NCBI GenBank assembly: GCA_963717145.1
Contig: OY970325.1
Span: 1,024,001 to 1,088,000, forward strand
Source of the DNA: an uncultured Armatimonadetes bacterium
Lineage (GTDB): Bacteria > Armatimonadota > UBA5829 > DTJY01
Direction: 5' to 3'
DNA length: 64,000 bases
The stretch's first letter is position 1. Every line of letters begins with the position of its first letter. The notes beneath the pieces were generated by a model. That model was not told where the DNA came from. It ran no database searches and saw nothing but the letters and a program-made list of their open reading frames with translations. This document shows positions 10,191-19,919 of this stretch, one piece after another. The position numbers were made by a program, and so were the translations under genes.

Positions 10191-11260
10191 GAGAATGCAC
10201 TCCTATACTGGAACGGACTCTCTCAGGCGAGCGTCTCACTGATGGGGATGCCCTGGCACTCTTTGAATCCGGCGAACTGCTCGAACTCGGTCTCGCAGCA
10301 GATGCCGTCTGCCGACGCATGCACCCCGAGCCGTACCGAACATACGTAGTCGATCGGAATATCAACTACACGAACATCTGCACATCGAAGTGCCGGTTCT
10401 GCGCCTTCTGGAGGGATGCGGATTCGTGTGAGGCATATCTGCTCCCCGATGAGGAGATACACCGCAAGATCGATGAAGCTGTCAGCCTCGGTGCGACTCA
10501 GATTCTCATGCAGGGCGGCTTGCATCCCGATCTCAGCATCGAATGGTACGAGCGGCTGGTCAGCGGCATCAAGGAGGGGTTCGAGATCGACCTGCACTCG
10601 TTCTCACCGCCGGAGATCGTTCACATCGCCGGGTTGTCCGGTCTGAGCATCGAGGACGTCATCGTTCGTCTGAGGGATGCCGGTCTCGACTCGATACCGG
10701 GGGGTGGGGCGGAGATTCTGACCGATTCGAGCCGAGGGAACATGAGCCCCGGCAAGTGTACCGCGCATGAATGGCTCTATGTCATGGAGGCCGCGCATGG
10801 CCTCGGAATGCGGACGACCGCCACCATGATGTTCGGTCAGACCGAGACCCTTGCCGATCGAGTGGAGCACCTGACCAGAATCCGCGCGCTTCAGGACCGA
10901 ACCGGCGGATTCACCGCTTTCATCCCGTGGACGTTCCAGCCGGCGAATACCGACCTCGGCGGGCACGCGATCGGTGGGTACGAGTACCTCCGCACACTGG
11001 CGATATCGAGGCTCTTCCTCGACAACGTTGCGAACGTGCAGGCATCGTGGGTAACACAGGGAGCGAAGATCGGGCAGATCGCGCTCAAGTTCGGCGCGAA
11101 TGACCTCGGCAGCACGATGATCGAGGAGAATGTCGTCGCGGCGGCCGGAGTCTGTTTCCGCATGAGCGAAGAGGAGCTTCGAGAGGCAATATCAGGCGCG
11201 GGCTTCATCCCATGCCGGCGTGACACGTACTACAATCTGATGGATGGTGGACGAATGTAG
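10187..11260 (+). CDS. mqnC: Cyclic dehypoxanthinyl futalosine synthase (radical SAM)
   Basis: DRNINYTNICTSKCRFCAF, LMQGG, FIPWTFQP, QASWVTQG, GSTMIEENV. Confidence 0.92.
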   Translation: MRECTPILERTLSGERLTDGDALALFESGELLELGLAADAVCRRMHPEPYRTYVVDRNINYTNICTSKCRFCAFWRDADSCEAYLLPDEEIHRKIDEAVSLGATQILMQGGLHPDLSIEWYERLVSGIKEGFEIDLHSFSPPEIVHIAGLSGLSIEDVIVRLRDAGLDSIPGGGAEILTDSSRGNMSPGKCTAHEWLYVMEAAHGLGMRTTATMMFGQTETLADRVEHLTRIRALQDRTGGFTAFIPWTFQPANTDLGGHAIGGYEYLRTLAISRLFLDNVANVQASWVTQGAKIGQIALKFGANDLGSTMIEENVVAAAGVCFRMSEEELREAISGAGFIPCRRDTYYNLMDGGRM

Positions 11261-11330
11261 TGGCCGTGCCTCTGTGCCGGCCATGCCACGCCGATGGCCG
11301 GCACAGAGGCACGGCCACTACATTTCGTCC
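11249..11330. repeat. REP/REPIN doublet, family B (GTAGTGGCCGTGCCTC)
   Basis: Inverted pair; relatives at 30711-30809, 56497-56522 and 60242-60308. Confidence 0.8.
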
Positions 11331-11353
11331 GTTAGGCAAGCGAGGTTTGCATT

Positions 11354-12226
11354 ATGTCTGACACAATCGCAATCATCGGCGGGAGCGGCGCATATGGCCT
11401 GCTGCAGAGCGGCGGCTTCGCCGGCGAGCGAATCGGTCCCGTGGCGACTCCCTTCGGCGACTCACAGGCGGTATACAGGTGCGCGGCGTCCGACGCCGAG
11501 TTCCTGTTCCTCTCCCGCCACGGTGAGACGGGTTACACAGTCTCCGCTCCATTCGTGAACTACCGCGCCAACATATGGGCGCTCAAGGAACTCGGTACGG
11601 CTCGCATCATCGCCTGGTCAGGTCCGGGCGCCATCGACGAGTCGCTCGTCATCGGCCAGTACGTCCTCCCTGATGACTTGCTCGACGAGACGAAGCACCG
11701 CACGTACACTTTTTTTGAAGGCCTCGGCATCGGGTTCGTGAGGCAGAATCCGGTGTTCTGTCCTCAACTGCGTACATTCGCCTCGGAAATCTTCTCAGAA
11801 TTGGGTACACATTATCGCCACACGGGTATATACACTTGTACTGAAGGCCCACGACTCGAGACGCCGGCCGAGATTCGCAAGTTCAAGATGCTCGGCGGCG
11901 ACTTGGTGGGCATGACTCTGGTTCCGGAGGTGTTCCTGGCCAAGGAACTCGAGATGTGCTACATGCCGGTGTGTTATGTGACGAACTACGCGGAAGGCAT
12001 CAGGCCGAGCCTGTTCGTGCCGGGAGTGCTCTTCGAGGGCCTGCTCAGCGACGAAGAGAAACATGCGGTCGATGCCGCAGTTTCTCGGTTCCCTGAGATT
12101 GTGCATGCGTTAGTCGTAGCGGTTTCCGGGGAAGAAAGAGTTTGCGCGTGCGGGAGACTCATGGAGCGTTACCGCCGCCGAGGCGATATCGGCTCGGACT
12201 GGCGGACTTGGATCGAGCACAAATAG
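11354..12226 (+). CDS. MTAP-family purine nucleoside phosphorylase
   Basis: IIGGSG, TPFG, SRHG, VNYRANIWAL, EGPRLETPAEI, VGMT..PEVFLAKELE. Confidence 0.88.
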   Translation: MSDTIAIIGGSGAYGLLQSGGFAGERIGPVATPFGDSQAVYRCAASDAEFLFLSRHGETGYTVSAPFVNYRANIWALKELGTARIIAWSGPGAIDESLVIGQYVLPDDLLDETKHRTYTFFEGLGIGFVRQNPVFCPQLRTFASEIFSELGTHYRHTGIYTCTEGPRLETPAEIRKFKMLGGDLVGMTLVPEVFLAKELEMCYMPVCYVTNYAEGIRPSLFVPGVLFEGLLSDEEKHAVDAAVSRFPEIVHALVVAVSGEERVCACGRLMERYRRRGDIGSDWRTWIEHK

Positions 12227-12245
12227 GTGCGGGAAGGTCGTTCCT

Positions 12246-15200
12246 ATGTTTATCCGACATATGAGAATTGTTCTGCTTCTTCTGACACTGATAGCCGCCA
12301 TTGGATGCGCCAATGGCGCTGGTTATACCGATACTATCGATCTTGCAGGCGATTGGCAGGTTCAGGCGCTGGACAGCAACTGGCGCGACCTGAAGGTTCC
12401 CGGCTCTCTGGAGTCGCAGATCGCCGATCTTCGCTCGTACTCCGGACAGGCCATCTACCGCAAGGAGTTACCGATCCCCGAATCATGGAGGGGCAAGCAG
12501 GTGCTCCTGAAGTTCGGCGCGGTAGACTGGTTGGCCGACGTGAGCGTCAACGGTGAGCACGTTGGCGCGCACGAGGGCGGCTACACGCCGTTCGAGTTCG
12601 ACATCACAGACCAAGTGAAGTTCGCTGAATGGAACGACCTGCAGGTGACCGTTACCGACGCCACGCCGGATCACCCGTTCGGCAACATCGTATTCGACGA
12701 GATTCCTCACGGGAGACAGGGCTGGCACGGCGTTCAGAAGCGGGATCTGGCAGAGTGTGACACTCGAGGCCGTCGAGCCGGTCAGTGTCGCCAGGATTCG
12801 CGTGACGCCGCTCACCGAGTACTCGGCCGTCTCCGCGAGCGTCTCCCTGAGCCGGCCTTCCGCTTCCGGGGAGCTGCGCCTGATCGTTCTCGGCGAAGGA
12901 GCGGCTCTTCGCACTACGGTGATCCCACTCCAAGCCGATCAGACGGACTATGAAACGGAGATCAAGCTGGATGCCCCGAAGTCCTGGACGCCGGACAGCC
13001 CTTACCTGTACAGACTTCAGGCCAGGGTGAAGATCGGGGACTACCAGATGGATCCTGAGGTCGTCGAGTTCGGGATGCGCAAGATCGAGGTGAAGGACAA
13101 CCGAATCTATCTCAACAACGAGCCGATCTTCGTGAGCGGAGTGGTCGATCAGGACTACTATCCGCTGAGCGAGTACACTGCGCCATCCGACGAGTTCCTG
13201 CGGGCCCAGTTCCAGCGCGCGAAGCACATGGGCATCAACCTGATCCGATGCCAGGCCAAGATACCCGATCCGCGATATCTCGCATGGGCCGACAGGGTGG
13301 GGCTGATCGTGTGGTACGAGATGCCGGGCTTCGGCAAGCTGACCGAGCGATCGCAGTCCCGATCGAAGGCACTGCTGACCGAGGCACTGCATCGTGACTA
13401 CAACCACGCGTCGCTCTGCATCGTCAGCCTGTCGGGCGATGGGGGAGGAATCGACTCGGGCAACGCTGAGCACCGAACGTGGCAGCGCGTGATGTACGAG
13501 AAGGCGAAGGAACTCGATCCGACGCGCTTGATCATCGACAACTCGTCGAGCGACAGCTACCACATCAAGACAGACATAGAGGACCGTGAGGACAGCACCC
13601 TGATCTCAGGAAGCCCGAAGGAGTTCGCCGGTTGGATCTCCAATCTGGTAGATCACCCGGGGGCATCGTTCTCACCGCTGGGCGACTCCGCGAGACGAGG
13701 CTGGGAGCCGCTCCTGGTCTCGAGCACCGGCAACTGGGGACTGCCCAAGATCAGCGACATCAAAAAGACTTACAGAGGCGATCCCTGGTGGTCGAGTCGG
13801 GCAGCGGCTCAGCGAAGGCCGGTGGCGTCGAACAGCGGTTCAAGGAGCAGGGGCTCGACCGCGTGTTCGGCTCGATGGATGCACTCTCCGAGGCCTGTCA
13901 GTGGCGACAGTGGGAGAGCCTGAAGTCCCGCATCGAGGAGATGCGCAGGCATCCGCAGATCGGCGGATATGTCCTCAGCGAGTTCTGCGACGTGAACTGG
14001 GAGGCCGACGGTCTGCTCGATGCCAACCGCAGCCCCAAGGTGTTCTACGACAAAGTGAGGTACGTCCAGGGCGCCGATGTCATCATCCCCGACTGGCAGA
14101 CTGTGAACTACTGGTCGGGCGCGCCGTTCTCCCTCGATGTCCTGGTCTCGCACATGTCCGGGGAGGAGTTGAAGGACTGCCGGCTCACATGGCGGCTGGA
14201 GGGATTCACTCCCGCCGGCGAGATCACGGCATCTCCGTCCTGATCTGGACGTGTCGAAGGTCGGCGCAATTAGTTTCACGTCCCATCGGTTGACAAGGCG
14301 ACGAAGGCCCGGCTGATGATGACACTCGCCTCTTCGTCGGGCCAGGTTATCGCCGAGAACTACCACGACATACTGTCTTCCCGGCTACCAGGCCCGCCTC
14401 GGGGACATCCGTTACCGTTTGGGACCCGGACGGCACGCTGAAGGACCTCCGCTCGCATCTCTCGATCTGCGGGCTACGCGGTGTTCGACGCGATGAACCA
14501 GGGGAGCAGAGTGGCGCTGACCACCGAATTCGACGACGAGGTGCGCGAACTTCGCGCTCAACGGAGGCCGCGTGATCCTCGTGGCGAACAGCGCTGACAG
14601 CATTCCCGATCTGACGAACAGCGACCTTGCCGTCATGCCCAGCGACGTTGCGGGCCCGTGGGCGGACTGGTCGAGATGCGTCATGTGGACACGCGGGGCG
14701 GGGCCGATGCGCGGGCTTTCCCTCGATGCGGTTCCCGGTTTCGAGCTTTCCGACATACGGCCGACTACCGTCTTGACCGGACTGGATGCCGCGATGAGAG
14801 GTGATGATGTATTCGCGGGCATGTTCGTCGGATGGCTGCACAGTCCGGTGGCGATCGCGGCGCAATTCAAGGCGGGTGACGGCAAGGTGCTCGCCACGAC
14901 TCTCGATCTGCTTCCCTCCTATGGAAGCGATCCGGCGGCAACGACTCTCCTCGGCGACATGATCGCTCACGCGGCCGGCAAGGATTTCAACCCGTCGCTC
15001 AAGATCGACCTGTCGCAGGTCGATGCAGTCAGTCCCGCCAGGGAGTTCGGCTCGCAGGGGCTGGCGGTTCACCACGGAGTCCCCCGATCAGGCATGGATA
15101 GAGGTCGACTTCAAGGACGATGGATGGAAGACGCACCGCCGGCGTCATCGGCACGAGCGCGAGGCCCGGGGCTCTGGTCCGAGCGGTCTGGGTGCCATCG

Positions 15201-15458
15201 GGGCTCTGGATGAGGAAGGCTGATGAGATCCAGGGCAAGGTCACGAAGGGGCGGGTGATCTACGTGAGCGACGAGCCGTTCGAGCTGTACCTGAACGGGA
15301 CGCGCATCCTCAAGGTTGGCGCGGCATCTCGACCCCAGACCTTCGATCTGGATGCGGAGACCCTCAAGCTCTTCAAGCCCGGGAACAACGTCCTGGCGGT
15401 CTCATCCCATCAGAAGCCCGGCGGCCGCAACCCCGAGATCAGCCTCAAGTACGACTGA
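12246..15458 (+). pseudogene. Secreted glycoside hydrolase family 2 homolog with many frameshifts (pseudogene or assembly error)
   Basis: FGAVDW, HEGGYTPF, WTPDSPYLY, FGMRKI, DQDYYP and IEEMRRHPQIGGYVLSEFCD spread over at least 6 overlapping reading-frame segments. Confidence 0.75.
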
Positions 15459-15597
15459 GTCCAGGAATCTTCCCGAATGGATCGGAAGTCATAGGGAGGG
15501 TGGGGCGCGAGGCTATATGTCTGTCCTCTCCGCCCCTTTCTCTTTCCTTACCTGGTAAAAACACCTGAAGAATCCCGCGCGGCGTCCGATAATAAGT

Positions 15598-15687
15598 GTT
15601 GAACCGTTCGTAGGCAAGTAGTCGACCATGGAAGTACCTCCTTTCAACTGGGCCCGATCCGCTTCTGCGGACCGGGCCGCTCTTTTT
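15598..15687 (+). ncRNA. Candidate ~90-nt sRNA with anti-SD motif and intrinsic terminator
   Basis: CTGAA-16-CCGATAA upstream, ACCTCCTTTC internal, hairpin GGCCCGATCCGC/GCGGACCGGGCC followed closely by T5. Confidence 0.4.
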
Positions 15688-15702
15688 GCCACCAAGCCCC
15701 GC

Positions 15703-15761
15703 TCCGGAGACCCCTCCGCAGCCCTCTCCGTTGCGGGGAGGGTTGGGGAGGGGTCTCCGGA
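15703..15761. repeat. Palindrome family D (CCCTC-CCC-CCCTCTCC)
   Basis: Imperfect inverted repeat related to 16713-16781. Confidence 0.7.
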
Positions 15762-15775
15762 CTCTCTTCCGAGCG

Positions 15776-16684
15776 TCACTTCGCGAAACGGCGGAGACCT
15801 TCTTCGAGGGCGATCCGACGGGCGTCGGCGTATTCCTCGGGGGTGATCGGGCGGGCGATGTCGGGATGGTCGGACGACTTGAACGCGGGATGGTATTGGT
15901 CCATGATGTTGACGTATGTGTCGCGGCTGATCTCCCTCGCGAGGAAGCGCATGACCTCGTGTGTGCCGGCGAGGTCGTTCGGCAGGACCAGATGCCGCAC
16001 GAGCAGGCCATACTCCGCGATCCCGCGTTCATCCACGTGGAGGTCGCCGACCTGACGGTGCATCTCCCGAAGCGCCTCCCTGTTGCGATCCCAGTAGTCC
16101 GGGACGCCCGACAGCTCCATGCCGATCTCGTTGCTCCCGTACTTGGCGTCCGGCATGTAGATATCCACGATGCCGTCGAGGATTGCGAGCGCCTCGACCG
16201 GCTCGTATCCGCCGCAGTTGTAGACGATCGGGATGTCGAGGCCGGCGATGGCGGCGATCTCCAGTGCGGCGAGGATCATCGGGAGCTGGTGAGTCGGGGT
16301 GACGAGGTTGATGTTGTGGCAGCCCTGTCGTGCGTATTCGAGCATCATATCGGCGAGGTCCTCGATGCCGACCTCCTTGGCGGCGTCCCCGTGGCTGATG
16401 TCGTAGTTCTGGCAGAATACGCACCCGAGGTTGCATCCGCCGAAGAAGAGCGTGCCCGAGCCGTGGATCCCGACGAGCGGCGGCTCCTCCCCGAAGTGCG
16501 CTCCATAGCAGGCGACGATCGGATTCGGACCTGTGCGGCATGCGCCCGTCTTGCCGGCAAATCGGTCGATCCCACACTCGCGCGGACAGAGCCGACAGTA
16601 GGGCGACATCATCTGGTATGCCGCTTCCACGCGTTCGTGGAACTCGCCTGTTCGGTGAAGCTCTCGGTACGATGGCTCGATCAT
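15776..16684 (-). CDS. Radical SAM protein, PflX-like
   Basis: CRLCPREC, HFGEEPPL, GCNLGCVFCQNYDIS, DIYMPDAKY, LLVRHLVLP. Confidence 0.88.
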   Translation of the reverse strand: MIEPSYRELHRTGEFHERVEAAYQMMSPYCRLCPRECGIDRFAGKTGACRTGPNPIVACYGAHFGEEPPLVGIHGSGTLFFGGCNLGCVFCQNYDISHGDAAKEVGIEDLADMMLEYARQGCHNINLVTPTHQLPMILAALEIAAIAGLDIPIVYNCGGYEPVEALAILDGIVDIYMPDAKYGSNEIGMELSGVPDYWDRNREALREMHRQVGDLHVDERGIAEYGLLVRHLVLPNDLAGTHEVMRFLAREISRDTYVNIMDQYHPAFKSSDHPDIARPITPEEYADARRIALEEGLRRFAK

Positions 16685-16712
16685 GTGACTAACACCGCAT
16701 ATCCCCTGGGCG

Positions 16713-16781
16713 CAGAGGAATGACCCTCACCCCAACCCTCTCCCTTTGAGGGAGAGGGTTGGGGTGAGGGTCATTCCTCTG
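16713..16781. repeat. Palindrome family D
   Basis: Perfect IR CAGAGGAATGACCCTCACCCCAACCCTCTCCCT with a 3-nt loop. Confidence 0.85.
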
Positions 16782-16790
16782 GGGCAGCCT

Positions 16791-17864
16791 TCATTCATCG
16801 ACCCCGGCGCCGGTGTCGATGGTGAGCCTGTATGCCTTCCCGCCGGCGCGCTCAAGTGCTTCCGCTACTTCCTCTTCGGAGCCGGGCGCGTAGACGAACA
16901 TGCATCCTCCGCCGCCCGAGCCGTTGATCTTCCCACCGAGGGCGCCTGCATCCATCGCGGCTTCGAGCATGGCATCGACCCTCGGGGTCGAGACGCCGAT
17001 ACCATCGCGCAACTGCTCGTGATGCTTGTAGAGGAGGCTGCCGAGTTCGGGCGGGTTGATGCTGCCCGACCGGAGCATCTTCATCGCCTCGACGGTGATG
17101 TCGCGGTTGATGAGGTTCGCCCGCACCTTGCGCCGAACGTTCTCCGGCGTGCGGTCGAGAAGCTCCCAGACCGCCTCCTTCGGAGTCGTGTGGAGATCGA
17201 AGCCGGGGAATGCCTTAGACAGGAACTCGATGCCCTGCTGGACGTCACCGTGCGAGCTGCCGAGGATGCCGAGAGTCTCCTTCGTCTGGAGCGAGTCGCC
17301 GAGTACGAAGCCGTCGAGCTTGATCGGCAGGTGCTCGGCATTGAACGGCGGCCGGCAGTCGACGTGGATGAACCCGCCGAGCGCGGCCGCGAAGTGGTCC
17401 ATCATCCCGCCCGGCTCGCCGAACTCGACGACCTCCGCCTGGTGTGCGAGTCGGGCCAGGTCTTCGGCATCCCCAACATCGGGGGTTCTCCGGCGAGCCT
17501 CCGATAGCCAGAGAATCCACGCCACGATCATCGCCGAGGAACTGGAGACTCCGGCTTTGATCGGGATCGTGCTGTGGAACGTGCAGTCCCATCCGTGGGT
17601 CATACTCCAGCCGGACCGGCGCAGGACGTTGATGCTCGATCGAAGGTAGTCGCGCTCCTTGGCGTACGTCAGGTCGCCCGCGAGGTCGATGGTATCGTGC
17701 TCGCCGATGTCCGGCATCTCGATCTCGATCAGTGAGTCATCGCGGGGAGTGCCCTCGATATGGAATCGGAGGTCGATTGCCGCCGCGACGACGGGCAGCC
17801 CGAGGAAGTCCTGATGCTCGCCAAACAAGCATATGCGTCCGGGAGCTGAGACATGCAGGATCAT
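16791..17864 (-). CDS. Galactokinase-family GHMP kinase
   Basis: APGRICLFGEHQD, IPIKAGVSSSSA, GMMDH, KINGSGGGGC. Confidence 0.88.
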   Translation of the reverse strand: MILHVSAPGRICLFGEHQDFLGLPVVAAAIDLRFHIEGTPRDDSLIEIEMPDIGEHDTIDLAGDLTYAKERDYLRSSINVLRRSGWSMTHGWDCTFHSTIPIKAGVSSSSAMIVAWILWLSEARRRTPDVGDAEDLARLAHQAEVVEFGEPGGMMDHFAAALGGFIHVDCRPPFNAEHLPIKLDGFVLGDSLQTKETLGILGSSHGDVQQGIEFLSKAFPGFDLHTTPKEAVWELLDRTPENVRRKVRANLINRDITVEAMKMLRSGSINPPELGSLLYKHHEQLRDGIGVSTPRVDAMLEAAMDAGALGGKINGSGGGGCMFVYAPGSEEEVAEALERAGGKAYRLTIDTGAGVDE

Positions 17865-19792
17865 TGGTTACTTGTCCCCCCGGAGAAGACGATCCTCCCG
17901 AAGCGAATCGGTGTATGGAATGAGCCGTAGGTTGGCGACCAGCATGCGTTCTCCGGCTTGGGCAGCGTGACCACTCTGTTCCGGCAGAAGTTCGCCCGCC
18001 ACACGGTCCCCATCGCGGGGGCAGATATCTTCAGTTCAGACCATGGAATCGCCATCTCTGCCTTCCAGAAACCCTTCTCCCTGGACATCACCGCCTGCCA
18101 CTGAGGATTGAAATCGAGATCGTAGACCAGCGCCTCGTACTTCACGCCACTGGTATTCAGCGCGAAGTGATAGTAGTCGCCGCTGTCCTTGCGCGGCTGC
18201 AGGAATACCTCTACAGAATCATCATTGAACACCGGTCCGTCGTGTTCCGTGACCGTCGTCTTCAGTTCATCCATATGTGGCTCGAAGCACTGAAAGCCGA
18301 TGTAGATATTCTGCTCGTCAGAGGCCAGGAATGCCTCCGTCGGCTGCCCAGCAGACCCGCCGACGTTGTTGTAGAGCAGGGAGATCCTCACGGCCTGGTC
18401 CCACATCGGGTCGTCGAGCTTGCTATCGATGACCGGCGCGGACGACACGCGCGGCACTTCCACCTCAGGAAGCGGTACCAGCTCAGCGGGGATGAAGATC
18501 GGTGGGGGAGTCGGGGTCGACCGCCCCATTCCGAGCTTGCGGTAGGATGTCCAGTCCATCAGCTTCTTCGCGGTCTCGGTCTCCGTCTGAGCCTGAAGCA
18601 GCGGGTCGAAATCGATCCCCTCCCTGAGCTTGCTCCCCGCGGACGACAGCAGGACCTTCGCCTTCTCGAGAGGGGAGCGGAACGGCAGTGCCGCCTTCTT
18701 TCGGAACGGGCCGTTCCTCAACGCCTCCAGCCGGGACTTGTCGAGGTATGCCGTGGCGAAGAGGATCACCCCGTCTACGGGATGCATGCGGGCGATCTGT
18801 ATCTGATCGAGCATCGGCTTCGATTCCTTCTGCGCAAGGAGGCCGATGCCGGGAGCGACAAGCGCTTCGAAGTGGATGCGGTCGGTCGTCGCCTCCTGCC
18901 GGGTCATAAAACTCAGGAGGTCCGTTGTATAATCCATCGGGGCGAGGAAATCGACCCAGGTGTTGAGCGCCCAGTGCTCCCAATCCTGGAGGTAGTTCAG
19001 CCTCGCCTGATCGGGGTACGACGCGACTGCCGCCGATATCTGAAGGCTTGGGCGGATCGATTTTATCTCCTGCGAGACCTCGCGCACGAAGCTGTTGATC
19101 TGCTCCTCCCGCCAGAGATGCCAATCGACAGCTTCCTTTGTGAACGGCTCGATGCCGATCGGATCGATGCCTCTCTCCCGCTGATACATGGCGCGGGCGA
19201 TGGGATTGTAGTCATGGCTAGCGCTCGGATAGCGAATGTAGTCGAGCTGGACGCCGTCGATAGGGTATTTCTCGACGAGTTCCTTAAGCGCGCTCAGGAG
19301 CAGGCGCCGGACTCCCGGAACGGACGGTGACAGCCAATAGGCGCCGCTCTCGGTCACGTCCCTGCCATTCTGATCGAGCATGGCCCAGTTTGGATGGAGC
19401 GGGAGTATGCCCCCCTTGTCCTTGGTGTATCCGGCACGGAACACGCTGACCAGGGGATGGACCTCGATCCCGTTCTTGTGTGCCTCGTCGATCAGAATCC
19501 TGAGCATGTCGATGCCGGGAAACAGGTCCTTCTGCACGAGGTAATCGCTCTTGTAGCAGGAATAGCCGTTGAAGATGGCATCGGGCAGCACGAGGTTGAT
19601 CCCGGCCCTTGCGTAGGATCGGATCAGGTCGCGGATGCCCTTCTCGGTCTTCGGGATGCTGTTCTTGTCCATCCAGACGCCGCGGATCTCAACGGGACGT
19701 GAGTACGTTTCCTCCGCAGCCAGCAATGGCGTGACCATCAGGACCAGAAGCGCGAGTAACGAGTAACAACTGAACGGTGAACGGTGTGTCAT
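17861..19792 (-). CDS. GHL10 (family 10-like) glycosyl hydrolase with C-terminal CBM9-like domain
   Basis: EIRGVW, EAHKNGIEVHP, DGVQLDYIRYP, APVIDSKLDD, DDSVEVF, EMAIPW, WRANFCR. Confidence 0.82.
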   Translation of the reverse strand: MTHRSPFSCYSLLALLVLMVTPLLAAEETYSRPVEIRGVWMDKNSIPKTEKGIRDLIRSYARAGINLVLPDAIFNGYSCYKSDYLVQKDLFPGIDMLRILIDEAHKNGIEVHPLVSVFRAGYTKDKGGILPLHPNWAMLDQNGRDVTESGAYWLSPSVPGVRRLLLSALKELVEKYPIDGVQLDYIRYPSASHDYNPIARAMYQRERGIDPIGIEPFTKEAVDWHLWREEQINSFVREVSQEIKSIRPSLQISAAVASYPDQARLNYLQDWEHWALNTWVDFLAPMDYTTDLLSFMTRQEATTDRIHFEALVAPGIGLLAQKESKPMLDQIQIARMHPVDGVILFATAYLDKSRLEALRNGPFRKKAALPFRSPLEKAKVLLSSAGSKLREGIDFDPLLQAQTETETAKKLMDWTSYRKLGMGRSTPTPPPIFIPAELVPLPEVEVPRVSSAPVIDSKLDDPMWDQAVRISLLYNNVGGSAGQPTEAFLASDEQNIYIGFQCFEPHMDELKTTVTEHDGPVFNDDSVEVFLQPRKDSGDYYHFALNTSGVKYEALVYDLDFNPQWQAVMSREKGFWKAEMAIPWSELKISAPAMGTVWRANFCRNRVVTLPKPENACWSPTYGSFHTPIRFGRIVFSGGTSNQ

Positions 19793-19919
19793 CTGTACAT
19801 CCCCTCATCAACGGGTGTTGGTGCGGATTGGTAATCCGGCACCCAGGGGCAAATCGGCATCTGTGATGCCATGCCAGGGTCGCGGGATCACAGATCCCCA
19901 TCTGCCGGAGCGGGTCGGA

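Noticed and set aside
19830-19895. c-di-GMP riboswitch (GGCAAA plus hairpin)
   Set aside because: Lacks the GNRA loop and GACGCAAAG-type elements, and is antisense to the adjacent genes.
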